Shown here in pieces: positions 19,607-31,200 of a stretch of DNA of 64,000 bases; within the stretch, counting starts at the first letter, position 1, and each line of letters opens with the position of its first letter. This stretch comes from Desulfobulbaceae bacterium UBA2775 (GTDB taxonomy: Bacteria > Desulfobacterota > Desulfobulbia > Desulfobulbales > Desulfocapsaceae). The DNA lies in NCBI GenBank assembly GCA_002352445.1, contig DEIL01000020.1, forward strand, positions 51 to 64,050. The letters run 5' to 3'. Made by a program: the position numbers and the translations under genes. The notes beneath the pieces were generated by a model. It saw only the letters and a program-made list of their open reading frames with translations, was not told the origin of the DNA and ran no database searches.

Positions 19607-22600
19607 CTATCCTTCAACCTTTGATTGTTCCCGAATCGCCGATAAGATTTCATTAAACTGCAGATTACTGATTGCCGTTTCAAACTTGACATGAACGGAA
19701 TATTCATCTTCCGAGTCAGGATTCTCTTTCACGGCTAAGATATCACCTATAATTCCAGTATATTGCCCAACATCACCATCGAAAGGCATCATAATTTTCA
19801 CTTTCCTTCCAAGAATTAGTCGAGCATTTTCTTTTTTTGGTATTTGCAACCAGTAGGAGATGCCTCCCTGGGAAATATCAAAAAGATCTACCTCCGAACT
19901 CACCCCGGTGGTCTGCCCACTGTTATCCAGCAAAAGTGTGTCAACTCGTCCGGAAATTTCATGGCGCTCATGCTCTCGACGATCATGCGCAGATTGGCTG
20001 AGGATGCCTTCGACACTCTCAAACCCGAGACAAAAATCTCGCAGCTTTTGTTCCAGGTCGGGAAACTGCTCTCTCCATTGACGCATTTTCTCAAGCCTGA
20101 GTAGAGAAATATCAGTAATACCAACACTGGCAACTGAAATGGTCCAGACAGAGGCATCAAAAAAAGAACCGGCACCAATAATTTTACCTTTACCCAAGGT
20201 TTTGACGAGAATGCTATTACCCTTATCCCGAAAAAACAGTTTCACTTTCCCTGAATTAATAAAGTAAAGAGCGGTTTGAAGTGCTCCCTGGTGCGCTACT
20301 ATTTCCTCATTTTCATATTCCTTATGCTGCAGGGAATGATACAGAGAGTTAAATTCATCCGTCGTCAGGGATTCATAGAGCTTGCTCCAGATTTCCAGAT
20401 GAGTTTTATCTATGACAGCTTTCCTGTGAGAGATAATTTCTGCTGCACGAATTATATCGCCCAGGGCAGTTTCATTAATGTCAATCAACCATTCCCTTAA
20501 TTTTTCAGCCTGAACAAAATTTCTGGTCTGTGTTGTTTGTGCAATCAACTCAACAAGCTGCTTCCTCGCCTGTTCTTCTTCTCCTCTACCCAAAAGCATC
20601 CGGATGGCCTGTTCCTCTGCAAGTCCAGTAATTATTCTTTCACCGGGTGAAGTCTTCCCTCTTTTAACAGCCTGTCTGATGGCATTTTTGCGTAACTGAC
20701 TCGCCTGCACATGCCATTTTTTATCCTTCTTCTGGTCATTTTCGAGAATGTTTATCGCCTTTTCTGCTTCAGCCCAGACAAGATCTGAAATTTTTCTGGT
20801 GCCCCGCCGACCGCGATTCTTTAGAAACCCCTGCACCGCTTTGACAGCAGCCGGGCCTGAGCACCCACTCAGTGTCTCCAGCAGCTGAACTAACAGGGAA
20901 TCTCTGTTCTTTTCACTGAAATTTTCATGTTCGGCCAACAATTTTGCCAGATGGCCTGCAACTTCAGGATCACAAAACCGTACAAGGGCACTGATAATCT
21001 CAATTTTAATGAGCTCCGAAGAGTCATCAAGAGCCATAAGCAGAAGTTTCTTTCTTCTCTGTCCACCAATTTTATACAAGCAGAGAAATGCCTCACGCTG
21101 AACACGAAAATCCTCATGGGATAAATATGGCAGGACTGCTTCCCCATCTTCTTCTCCACCAGTCTCTGCCAGTAATTTTAACAGGTTGGACTTTCCGTAC
21201 CACGCCATATGCTCATTTATCCGTTCTTTGACAATCTCTGCGACAAACTGATCACAGGAGGTCAAAAGATCGATGACTTTGAAGCGATGCTCAAAATCCT
21301 GAGCCTCTGTCAAAGATTCCACCAAAAATCTAGATGCCACAGGGCCCTGCCAAATAAGCCTGTTGCTGAGCACATCACTGCGGGGGTCCAAAAAACATTT
21401 ATCAAGAAGTTCCGGCAAACTCGATCTCTGTATCCCTCTGTCCTGTGCATGTCCTACAATAGCTCGTGAGATTGAACTTTTCCGCAACGTCCCCGAACGA
21501 ATCTGATGAAACAGACTGAGTATAACATCCCCTCGAGCCTCCTCTCCGCTCTGCCAGTAATGCTGCATTGCACGCTCAAGCAAAATAACAGCTCTTTCAA
21601 AGAGCCTGTCACTTCTCTCCGTCTCCCGAATCCATTTAAACAGTCTCTGCAGCAACGGGTCGACATAGTTCCATTCACCGTCGGAAACAAAATTTTCACT
21701 GATTAAGATGAGCGCATTGAGAAGTTGAGTCCGATCGGAAGTTTCACCGGTATCCAATTGATTTACCAGCTTTTGCAAAAGAGTATCCAGATTGGAATGA
21801 TCAGCAGAGTGCGTGATCTGGCTGACAACATCTGGAAGATGCTCCAAAAGCTCAGCGCTTTGCAAATTGGAAACATTTCCCTGCATTATTCCCTTAATTC
21901 CGGCCTGAATGCGCTGTTTTTTCCTCTCTTGTTCACCTTCACGAAGAAGTCTTCTTGCCTTCTCGGAACTAACAAACTGCTTCCCTTTCTCAGTATTCAT
22001 CAGCCGCAAAAGCACCCTTTCGATCACCTGCGCCAGGGGCGGTTGATCACCTTCTTTTAAATGTATTTTCTCTAACTGATCCCGGAGAACAAGGATAATA
22101 CTCCCTAACGTTTCGGTATTGAGAAGAGCTAGCTGTGCATCATAAAGAGTTCGCCCGAACCCGTCAGGATACTCCTGCAACATGAGAACAGAAAGTGCCG
22201 GTGATCTGAGATTATCCACCAGCATACTTCCAAGCCCGGAAGCGACATAGCTGCGATCTTCATACGCCATGAACTCTTCACTGCGCTTGAGAATTTGAGG
22301 AAAAAGATCAGACCGGCACATGGTCTTCTTTTTCTGGAGTTCACGGAGAATATATCCGATTCCGGCCGTGAGAAGATCAACAGCTTTATCTTCATTTTCA
22401 AAACTGCTTGCCAGCTTTTCCCTGACATCAAGGCTGTTATCCTTTCCGAACAGATATGCAAGAAGTTCCGATTGAACTTTAAAAACTTTTTTTGGTGCGG
22501 ACCCATGTTCTGCAGGAACAGCAGTTTCCGGAGTAACAGCCGGATCCGGTTCTGGAAAATAACTGCTCAGACCCAGGCTGGTAATGTACTCAACACCCCC

Positions 22601-22975
22601 TCCTTCTTTATGAATTTTATTAATTTTAGCGTTAAAAATTGAAATAATCTGCCCAAAAGCAAATTTGTCCATGGAGGAATCAATCAACAATCTGTTAACC
22701 CCGAGACTTTCCATCTGTCTATAAACAATAAGATTGGAAAAAGAGGAAAGAGTTTCCTCCTCCAGAGGAAAACGACCCAGGAAAGGCTGCCTGCTTTTCA
22801 GAGAAACCTCCAGCTTCCCGTAACGGCTGAGAAAATGGCGCAACGCTTTATACCCAAGTTCAACCGCACTGGCTACCTGGGGAGCAGCCGGAGGATAGAG
22901 GCGACTCGTCACAATTGCGTTATTAAAAGACCGGAGTGCTTCGATTCCATCTTTCTGCGGCTCAATTTGACTCAT
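19607..22975 (-). CDS. Large HEAT-repeat protein with cNMP-binding and C-terminal PilZ domains
   Basis: HEAT-like LSHEDFRVQREA; cNMP-like QGALQTALYFINSGKV...GKIIG; PilZ RREHER and DISQGG. Confidence 0.78.
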   Translation of the reverse strand: MSQIEPQKDGIEALRSFNNAIVTSRLYPPAAPQVASAVELGYKALRHFLSRYGKLEVSLKSRQPFLGRFPLEEETLSSFSNLIVYRQMESLGVNRLLIDSSMDKFAFGQIISIFNAKINKIHKEGGGVEYITSLGLSSYFPEPDPAVTPETAVPAEHGSAPKKVFKVQSELLAYLFGKDNSLDVREKLASSFENEDKAVDLLTAGIGYILRELQKKKTMCRSDLFPQILKRSEEFMAYEDRSYVASGLGSMLVDNLRSPALSVLMLQEYPDGFGRTLYDAQLALLNTETLGSIILVLRDQLEKIHLKEGDQPPLAQVIERVLLRLMNTEKGKQFVSSEKARRLLREGEQERKKQRIQAGIKGIMQGNVSNLQSAELLEHLPDVVSQITHSADHSNLDTLLQKLVNQLDTGETSDRTQLLNALILISENFVSDGEWNYVDPLLQRLFKWIRETERSDRLFERAVILLERAMQHYWQSGEEARGDVILSLFHQIRSGTLRKSSISRAIVGHAQDRGIQRSSLPELLDKCFLDPRSDVLSNRLIWQGPVASRFLVESLTEAQDFEHRFKVIDLLTSCDQFVAEIVKERINEHMAWYGKSNLLKLLAETGGEEDGEAVLPYLSHEDFRVQREAFLCLYKIGGQRRKKLLLMALDDSSELIKIEIISALVRFCDPEVAGHLAKLLAEHENFSEKNRDSLLVQLLETLSGCSGPAAVKAVQGFLKNRGRRGTRKISDLVWAEAEKAINILENDQKKDKKWHVQASQLRKNAIRQAVKRGKTSPGERIITGLAEEQAIRMLLGRGEEEQARKQLVELIAQTTQTRNFVQAEKLREWLIDINETALGDIIRAAEIISHRKAVIDKTHLEIWSKLYESLTTDEFNSLYHSLQHKEYENEEIVAHQGALQTALYFINSGKVKLFFRDKGNSILVKTLGKGKIIGAGSFFDASVWTISVASVGITDISLLRLEKMRQWREQFPDLEQKLRDFCLGFESVEGILSQSAHDRREHERHEISGRVDTLLLDNSGQTTGVSSEVDLFDISQGGISYWLQIPKKENARLILGRKVKIMMPFDGDVGQYTGIIGDILAVKENPDSEDEYSVHVKFETAISNLQFNEILSAIREQSKVEG

Positions 22976-23116
22976 TCATTTACTCCGTTTTTCAAAACAC
23001 TACTACTATGAGTTGTATAATTGATGGCTAAGTTAAAAAGTCCGATCTACGGGTTTATAATTAAGGATTTCAGTTGACGGTAGGTGAATTCAGATCCCTG
23101 AACATACCTGCACCTG

Positions 23117-23710
23117 TCAGCAACAAGGCTCAATAACCCCGTAGTATCGAAGCATCTCCAGGAGTTCATGCAGAGGCAGCCCCACAACATTAGAGTAGGA
23201 TCCTTCGATAGTTTTGACGAGGAAGGCTCCTTTACCCTGAATGCCATATGCCCCGGCTTTATCGATCCACTCTCCGCTGCCAACGTAAGCCCTGGCTGTC
23301 CGTTCATCAAAATCGGCAAACCGCACTTTTGTTTCAGTAAGACGATGACTAACTACGTTCTTCCCTGCATGGGAGAGACATATCCCTGTCAAAACCTTAT
23401 GCTCTCTACCGCTGAGAGACATCAACATGGACACAGCGTCTTTCTTATCCACCGGTTTGCCAAGGATCTGCTGCCCCAGGTAAACCACGGTATCACCGGC
23501 AATAACCCAGCTTCTAGTATAATTTTCAGTGGCAGCAGCAGCCTTTTCCCGGGCCATCCGCACCACGAATGCATCCGCATCTTCACCCGTAAAAGGAGTT
23601 TCATTTATCGTCACAGCACACACTGTAAAGCTCAAGCCAAGGTCATCCAGGTAATGGCGTCTCCTCGGTGAACCGGATGCCAAAATTATCGGCTCATTAT
23701 TAACAAACAT
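23117..23710 (-). CDS. maf: Maf-family nucleotide pyrophosphatase
   Basis: ILASGSPRR, DTVV, GKP, DKAGAYGIQG, NVVGLP. Confidence 0.93.
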   Translation of the reverse strand: MFVNNEPIILASGSPRRRHYLDDLGLSFTVCAVTINETPFTGEDADAFVVRMAREKAAAATENYTRSWVIAGDTVVYLGQQILGKPVDKKDAVSMLMSLSGREHKVLTGICLSHAGKNVVSHRLTETKVRFADFDERTARAYVGSGEWIDKAGAYGIQGKGAFLVKTIEGSYSNVVGLPLHELLEMLRYYGVIEPCC

Positions 23711-23919
23711 CTTTTTGAATATGCACCATCACTCCTTCAGTCTCTATCTAACACCCATGAAATGAATTATACAGCGATGACACCGCTACACTGTTATGAA
23801 CAGTAAAGACTTCTTTCATTTTCCTGTATCTCTTTTATATCAAATTATAGACAGTAATAACAAGGCACTATTGTCATGGAATGAAAATAGAGAGTCATAT
23901 CACCGTTTTTAATAAAAAT

Positions 23920-24855
23920 TTACTGACGGATTGAGACCAAGGCTCTTTTCACCATTCCGCTAAAAAACCTGAAAGGATTAAAACGGACCGGGTGGAGAAC
24001 TTCAGGAGCGAGAAACCCGGACCCGGAGAAATCAGCTGGTGACAGCAGAGGAAAGTGTATTCTGTCAATTTCACTCCCACCAAATCCCCTGTCATTTGCA
24101 ACTCTCCAGAGAGGGCTTTTTGATTTTTCCAACTCAAGCAGCTCAAGCAGGACGGTATCCAGTCCAACCGGGCATTTGGCCCCGCCAATACAGTTCAGCT
24201 GCAAAGGTCGCCCGGCAAGAGGGCCGGATATGTGCATGGCAGTAATACCATCTGCCAGGTGGAGGGCTGGAGGTAACAGTTCTATAAGGTCAAGTATGAT
24301 ACCGGCAAACCTGTCCTGGGAATCACCCTGACTCATATGGAGCAGCGCTTTGTTCATTCCTTTGACAATGCCAAAAATATTTTTTGTCGCTAAGGTGACA
24401 AACATCTGGTTATGAGCCTTCACTTTCGAAAGATTAATAAAAAAGTCACATTCCAGTGCTTCCCTGGCAACGTCAACGGTCACGCCGCTCGCAAGAGTTT
24501 TCTTCACAGAGGTAGAAAAATTAACATATTTTACATCCAGTCCTGCAGTCGCCTCAATAATTCCCCGCCGCTTACATACAGAAACCGTACTGCCAATTGC
24601 AGGTGAATCACCAATACGAACAGCAGCACCCTGGTCGAGAAACCAGGCGGCGACTCCGGCAATAAATTCACTATGGGTGCAGGCAATAGATGGTCCCCTG
24701 CCACTTATAAGGTTCGGTTTCAGCAACACAACAGTGCCATGCAAGGGATGACCAAATTCCAGATACCTGACGACCTCATCAACCATCGAGCAAATAGTTG
24801 ACCTTTCGTAATGAAAACAACGTTGCAATACGACCTGTAGCGCCACATTACTCAT
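23920..24855 (-). CDS. DUF362 domain protein
   Basis: LLKPNL, IGDSP, KVKAH, KNIFG, DGITAM pattern. Confidence 0.8.
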   Translation of the reverse strand: MSNVALQVVLQRCFHYERSTICSMVDEVVRYLEFGHPLHGTVVLLKPNLISGRGPSIACTHSEFIAGVAAWFLDQGAAVRIGDSPAIGSTVSVCKRRGIIEATAGLDVKYVNFSTSVKKTLASGVTVDVAREALECDFFINLSKVKAHNQMFVTLATKNIFGIVKGMNKALLHMSQGDSQDRFAGIILDLIELLPPALHLADGITAMHISGPLAGRPLQLNCIGGAKCPVGLDTVLLELLELEKSKSPLWRVANDRGFGGSEIDRIHFPLLSPADFSGSGFLAPEVLHPVRFNPFRFFSGMVKRALVSIRQ

Positions 24856-24891
24856 GGTAGAAAAATAATATTTTGACAGGAAAGGGAAGTG

Positions 24892-24931
24892 AAAAAAGAA
24901 AAACCGAACCCACAGAGAGAGTTCGGTTTTT
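24892..24931 (-). terminator. Rho-independent terminator
   Basis: AAAAACCGAAC/GTTCGGTTTTT stem followed by a U-rich tract on the minus strand. Confidence 0.75.
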
Positions 24932-24960
24932 CAAGGAGAAAAGAGAGAAGAGATAAAGCA
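24892..24960 (-). ncRNA. Candidate sigma54-dependent CU-rich small RNA (~70 nt)
   Basis: Lies between a -24/-12 promoter and a terminator; body CUUUAUCUCUUCUCUCUUUUCUCCUU. Confidence 0.5.
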
Positions 24961-24970
24961 TAATTATTGA

Positions 24971-24986
24971 TGCATATCATGTGCCA
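24971..24986 (-). promoter_or_regulatory. Sigma54 (-24/-12) promoter
   Basis: Minus strand TGGCACATGATATGCA, exact GG-N10-GC spacing. Confidence 0.65.
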
Positions 24987-25092
24987 ACTCAACAATAAAA
25001 CACCAAAGAATGTAAATCCGGCATCTTACAGAGACAAAGAAAACAAAAAGCCACTCTAATGACTGAAAAAAGATACAACTTTTTATACCTCC

Positions 25093-25106
25093 GTCATAAA
25101 AATGAC
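25093..25106. promoter_or_regulatory. Candidate enhancer (bEBP) binding dyad
   Basis: GTCAT-AAAA-ATGAC about 110 bp upstream of the sigma54 promoter. Confidence 0.4.
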
Positions 25107-25185
25107 CAAACCTTGACACTCTTGCACAAAAACAGGGTGATAGGAGTCTAATTTTTTTAACAGCCTCTGACTTACAATAGTACGG

Positions 25186-26370
25186 CTACACTGCAAAGGT
25201 GATCAAGCGAGTGCGTATAACATCCTTATTTTTCTCTATTTTCTCTACAATAACCGCAGGTATTTCCGATTCCACATCAATTATATTATACCCCATAACT
25301 CCATTAGACTGGTTCAAATAACTGGCAATATTCACACTTTGCTTTCCGAAAATATTGGATACCAAAGCAATCATCCCAGGGACATCCCTGTTGATCACAA
25401 TTAGTCGTGAATGCGTCTTATCGGTTGGAATCGATTCGATATTAGGAAAGTTAACACTATGAACAACATTACCATATTTCAGATATGTTGACAGCTCCTT
25501 GACCGCCATGATTGCACATGTCTCCTCAGATTCGGATGTGGATGCACCCAGATGCGGGGTCATCAAAATTTTAGGATGCCCGATGATGGCGGGGGTGGGG
25601 AAGTCACAGAGATATGCTTCAAGATAATCAGAGTCAAGGGCTTGAAGAACTGCTTCCTCATCTACAATCGGTCCTCTTGAATAATTGATGAGTACCGCTC
25701 CCTTTTTCATTCTATTTATAAAGTCACTATCTACAAAATTACGGGTCTGGTCATTGAGCGGGAGATGAAGACTGACCATATCAGCATCATTCACAGCATC
25801 TTTGAGTGACCTGCAGACACGCACCTCCGGGGAAAGCTGATGAATATTGGCAAGAGCCGGTGCAGGATCAAAGCCATTCACATTCATATGCCTGTAAATG
25901 CCTCCATTTGCCAGTCTCACTCCAATCTGACCAAGCCCTACAACCCCAAGAGTCTTGCCTGCTATCTCCTCACCCCTGAAAACAGCCTTCCTTGCCTCTA
26001 CCTCACTGTTCACTTTGTCGGGATCCAGGACCGCGAGGGATTTACAAAAATCTATCCCTCTGTATATATTCCTTTTCCACACCCCGATCATGGGAAACAC
26101 CAGATCGACCACCGCATTGGCATTTGCTCCTGGAGTGTTGAAAACACATACACCCTTTTCCGTGGCACGATCAACGTTAATATTATTCGTTCCGGCTCCT
26201 GCCCTTGCAACTGCAAGCAGAGATGGATAGTCATCAACATCAAGTGGAGAGCTTCGCAAAACTATCCCGTCAGGGGACTGTTCTTCGGCCGAAACTTGAA
26301 ATGAATCTGTAAACAACCGTAATCCCTCTTCTGCAATAGCATTGATCTTTCTTATCTTATACAACGACAT
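25186..26370 (-). CDS. serA: D-3-phosphoglycerate dehydrogenase with ACT domain
   Basis: RAGAGTNNI, GLGQIG, TPHLGAST, C-terminal ACT-like domain. Confidence 0.88.
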   Translation of the reverse strand: MSLYKIRKINAIAEEGLRLFTDSFQVSAEEQSPDGIVLRSSPLDVDDYPSLLAVARAGAGTNNINVDRATEKGVCVFNTPGANANAVVDLVFPMIGVWKRNIYRGIDFCKSLAVLDPDKVNSEVEARKAVFRGEEIAGKTLGVVGLGQIGVRLANGGIYRHMNVNGFDPAPALANIHQLSPEVRVCRSLKDAVNDADMVSLHLPLNDQTRNFVDSDFINRMKKGAVLINYSRGPIVDEEAVLQALDSDYLEAYLCDFPTPAIIGHPKILMTPHLGASTSESEETCAIMAVKELSTYLKYGNVVHSVNFPNIESIPTDKTHSRLIVINRDVPGMIALVSNIFGKQSVNIASYLNQSNGVMGYNIIDVESEIPAVIVEKIEKNKDVIRTRLITFAV

Positions 26371-26411
26371 GCGATTCTCCTGTTCGTCTAGATGGTGGGT
26401 GTAAAGAGATA

Positions 26412-28103
26412 TTAAAATAAAAGAACCTTATTGAATTTATGCAAACTTTTTTCACGCTCCTGCAAAATGCACACACAGCCGCTCTTGCCTGTAGTACCTA
26501 GTCCAATTCCCCGCAGAGCAGGGTCGCTCATGCGCATGAAAAAAGATTTTTTGAAAAAATGATTCCTGTTACCCTTCCTGTATATACCACTCATTTCCTC
26601 CGGTAGACTCTTATACAGGAACCCCTTTGTTTCACGTGGCTGTTCTCTGGAATCGTCAATACAAATACATTCGGGTAAAAACTTATGCCCGCAACGCAGC
26701 CAGTCGTACCTGAGGAATTCAAGAATAAGCTCCCTGTCCTCTCTTCCGGCCGCCAGTTCACAAAGTTTTTCAGCCATAAGTTCATGGGTCGGGGCGAGCT
26801 GAAAGAAACCACTCTCACGGCAAATATCAAGCAACTCGACAAAGAATGCGAAGATATCCTCTGAAATCGCCCTCAAATAATACCAAAATGAAACAAAATA
26901 GCGATTATTCATAAATTTTTCAACACATTCAGAAAACCAGTATAGCTCGCTGAGACAATCATGGCTCATCCACCTGGTTTTCAGGATAGAATATGGCGGT
27001 TCAGCACAATGGCTATATTCAAAATCGTCAATACTGTGACAGAGAGGGGTATCTGGAAGAATTTTGAGCAATCCCATCTGAATATAATGGGCTCCCATTG
27101 CAAAGAGATCAGCAAATGATCTGGCGAAACTCTCTCTTGTTTCAAATGGCAGTCCTAAAATAAGATCAATATGGAGATGAATGTTCTGCAAGTTTGAGAG
27201 CCGCGAAACAATGTTATGCACACGACCGGGATCGATCTTTCTCTGAACTGCTTCAAGAGTTGGTCTGTTAGTTGACTGGATACCAATTTCAAACTGAAAA
27301 CGACCGCTTTCAAGTGTAGTCAGAAAATCAAACATCTCTTCAGTAAAACGATCAGGAGCTATCTCAAAATGAAACAGGGTATCTCCTTCCCGGGCCGCAA
27401 GAAATTTCCAGATGGCAAGCGCCCTGCCGGAAACATCATTAAAGGTTCTGTCAACAAACCGGATAACCTTAGGACGATATCGTAGAATATCAGTTAATTC
27501 GGCTTCAACTCTGTGTAGATCTTTATGATATACACCCCGTTCACCGGCGGAGAGACAATAGGTGCAGGAAAACGGACAGCCCCTGGAACTCTCGTAATAG
27601 ATATGCCTGTTTTTCAGATGGGAACCAAAATCCTCTTCCCTGTAAGGATACTCAAAGAACTGCTCCCTCATCTTGAAAAAAGATCCTTCGTAGCATGGTT
27701 TCAGGTCACCTGAAATAAGATCTTCATAGAAACCCGTGCCAACTGCCTCAATTTCGCCAATTACGATTGTACAGGAAATCGATTTCAGCCTCTTTTTGAG
27801 GACGCCGGCCTGCGGACCTCCTATCACAATCCCGCAACCAGGCGAGCATCTGTTCAGATCCTGCACAAGCTTTTCAATAATGCCGCTATTCCATATCGCC
27901 GCTGAAAAAAAGACATATCGAGGTTTACCGGCGGTGAGACGGAGCAGCATCTCATAGTAATTATCATTGATTATAAACTGGACTATTTCATGACTGAAAA
28001 TGGCACAGTTATTTTCCAGCTCATTTCGCACATAAAAAAGAGCGAGGCAGGAATGAGTAAACCGGCCGTTTATTCCAACAATTCTAATCAATCCCTTTTC
28101 CAT
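26412..28103 (-). CDS. B12-binding radical SAM protein (DUF4080-type)
   Basis: GGPQ in the cobalamin domain; SRGCPFSCTYC; start likely ATG 28103. Confidence 0.85.
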   Translation of the reverse strand: MEKGLIRIVGINGRFTHSCLALFYVRNELENNCAIFSHEIVQFIINDNYYEMLLRLTAGKPRYVFFSAAIWNSGIIEKLVQDLNRCSPGCGIVIGGPQAGVLKKRLKSISCTIVIGEIEAVGTGFYEDLISGDLKPCYEGSFFKMREQFFEYPYREEDFGSHLKNRHIYYESSRGCPFSCTYCLSAGERGVYHKDLHRVEAELTDILRYRPKVIRFVDRTFNDVSGRALAIWKFLAAREGDTLFHFEIAPDRFTEEMFDFLTTLESGRFQFEIGIQSTNRPTLEAVQRKIDPGRVHNIVSRLSNLQNIHLHIDLILGLPFETRESFARSFADLFAMGAHYIQMGLLKILPDTPLCHSIDDFEYSHCAEPPYSILKTRWMSHDCLSELYWFSECVEKFMNNRYFVSFWYYLRAISEDIFAFFVELLDICRESGFFQLAPTHELMAEKLCELAAGREDRELILEFLRYDWLRCGHKFLPECICIDDSREQPRETKGFLYKSLPEEMSGIYRKGNRNHFFKKSFFMRMSDPALRGIGLGTTGKSGCVCILQEREKSLHKFNKVLLF

Positions 28104-28291
28104 GTTTATTTGCGGTATCTGATTAATGACGGGCCCACAGAAATCGACCACCCGAAACAGATACCCGCCTGGCTGACACCGTACATAATATTTATTGGCA
28201 TGATGTTGTTTTTGATACTAAGGTGTATGAGACCACATTGCACACAACAAAACAACACTATTTCCCCCAAACAACAATCAGTTAATGGAAT

Positions 28292-31200
28292 ATGGTAATG
28301 TCATTGATTATAAAAATACTTTCCGTGCTCATCCTCTTATTCACAGTCTCTTTCAGTGCTGCCCCTCTGGTTCTTGCGGAAAGAGCTACAGAACAGGAAA
28401 GCTATCAGCTCTCTATTACATTTGATTTAGAAGAAAATCTGATTACAGGAACCACAAAAATAACTATCAGACCAGGCCATAACCTCTCTCTCTCCATTGC
28501 CAGACTCACACTGACAGGTACCCTGCTGAAAGACGGAACCGGCAGGGAAAAAAACATCCTTCCAGTGAACGATATGATCACCATACCGGCAAGTGAGATA
28601 TCCCGGGAACTGTACATATCATATACCAGAAGAATATCCAATAGCCCCGAGAATATAATTTCCCCCGACGGAATCTGCCTGGTCAGCAACTGGCATCCAA
28701 TACCGGATGTACCAATGGCATTCAAACTGACAGCCTCTCTGCCAGACGGTTTCATGGCGGTAACTGAAGCAGATCACTTTCCGCTACCAAAAAATGGGGA
28801 TGCTGTTACCGCCGCCTTTTCTCAGCCAACCCAGGCTCTCCACTTCATTGCCGGGCCCTACGTCCATAAAAAAAGCAAGGTGAGGGAAGGACTTTTTGTT
28901 CATTCACTCTTCTTCAAAGAAGAACAACACCTTGCAAATGACTACCTGCAATCAGCCGTCCTCTTTCTAAATCGCTATGAAAAAGAAATCGGACCGTACC
29001 CCTATAACCATTATGTAATTGCCGCTAACAGGCTGCCCACCGGTTTTGCCTTCCCCGGCTTCACCCTCATTGGCCAAATGGTGCTGCGGTTGCCGTTTAT
29101 CAAAGAAACTTCCCTTGGCCACGAGATCCTCCACTCCTGGTTTGGCAATAATGTCGGTGTGGATTACGCTGATGGTAACTGGTGTGAAGGTTTGACATCC
29201 TACCTTGCGGACCACAGCTACAGGGCTGAAAAAGGTGAGGGAGCAGAGGACAGAAAAGAGGCAATCCTGAATTATCTCAGTTACGTCCATGAAGATACAG
29301 TTATCCCCCTTCGGGAATTCAAATCCACCAGCCATAACCAACGTTTTGCCAAAGCCAGACGCGCCGTCGGGTATACCCGAAGTGCACTTCTTTTTCATGA
29401 ACTCAAAGAAAAAATAGGGGAACAATCGTTCAAGGACGCAATTCGTCTATTCTATGCCGACAACAGTGGTAATGAAGCGACCTGGTCGGATTTGCAGAAA
29501 AGTTTTGAAATCAGTTCAGGCCGTAAACTCGATAGTTTCTTTCAGGAAAGACTGGAAATTACGGAAATTCCATCTCTAAAGGTTGAGGAGATAGATGTTA
29601 CCTTCCAGGAAGGTAAACCTGTTCTTTCATTTACTCTTCTTCAGCAGACAGAATCACCTTTTTCCCTTCTTGTCCCTATCCGTATTGAAGGTGTTAATAC
29701 CACAACAACCCGCAATCAATTTATCAACGAAAAAGAAACTCGAATTTCCATGGTATTGGACAGCCGGCCGATGGAGCTTACTATAGACCCGGAATACTCT
29801 TTTTTAAGAGAACTCCATCAACCTGAAATGACGGCTGTCTTGGCAAGATTTATGGGCGCCGAAGACAGACTTGTTATCCTTGCCTCCGAAAAAGAGCGCA
29901 CAATTTATAGTTCTTTTTTGAAAACATTAGAAAAGAATGACCTGACTGTCAAATTATCAAGCAACGTCAGCAACCAGGAACTGAGCGAAAACAGCCTGCT
30001 CTTTCTTGGAATGGATCAAAACGCGGCACGTTCTCTCTTTGGAGCACCCAACCACAAACAAGAAGGCTTCACTCTTGATGTCCGAACCAACCCGCTCAAC
30101 CCTGAACACGTTGCTGTCCTGGTCTCAAGTTCAAGCAAAGTGGAAACAGACGCGGTTGCCAGGCGAATTGGTCATTATGGTAAGTACTCTTTTCTCCATT
30201 TCCTGCACGGCCGCAATCTGGAAAAAAAGATCAGTTCAACTCAGACCGGCATCCATATTGTGCTGGAAGAGTTGCCCGATGGCGGAAAAACCTCGTCAAT
30301 ATTATCATTTAACCACGTTATTGATGAGTTGAGTAACTCGAGGGTTATTTATGTAGGTGAAACACATACTTCATTGAGTGACCATCTTTTGCAGCTTCGC
30401 ATTATCCAGGCGTTATATGCGAAAGATCCTGATCTTGCCATCGGCATGGAGATGTTTCCGGCAGCCGTACAATCCGCCCTTGACCGTTATGTACTGAGTG
30501 AAGAAAACCTCGACGAACGAACCTTCCTTGAGGAATCTGAATATTTCAATGTGTGGCGCTATGATTACCGCTTTTTCAGGGATATTATCAATTTTGCCAG
30601 AACCAACAAGATTCCCGTTCGCGGGCTCAATTTAGATAAAGATATTGTATCCACAGTATTCAGTACCGGCAACACCGACAGCTTGGAGGAAACCACCCTC
30701 AAGTCCCTGCCCGCAGAGCGTGATCTTGACTTACCCGGCTATAGAGAGAGACTCTCAATGATGCACACTATCCATATGGAGGGCAGCCACGGTAGTGGTA
30801 ATATCAGCGGCTTTATACAGGCACAGGGATTGTGGGACGAGACCATGGCTGACAATATTGTTACTTATTTAAAAGACAATCCGAAGAGAAGAATGGTTGT
30901 TTTGGCGGGTGCACAACATAGTCGTAAAGACTCCGGTATCCCGCCCAGAGTAAAGAGGAGGTTAAATGTTGAGCAGTCATCTGTTTTGAATATCTACAGC
31001 TCATTTATTCCATCAAATCTGGCACAGGTTGCTGATTACTTTTTTCTCGCCGGTGCGTCAGACTTACCGGAAACTCCTAAAATTGGAATCGTCCTGACTA
31101 CAGTTGAGGAAGGTAATCTGGAGTATTTAGAAATCAGCCAGATAAGTCCCCATGGTAAAGCCGGTGATGCCGGTCTGCTTGAGGGCGATATCCTGAAAAC

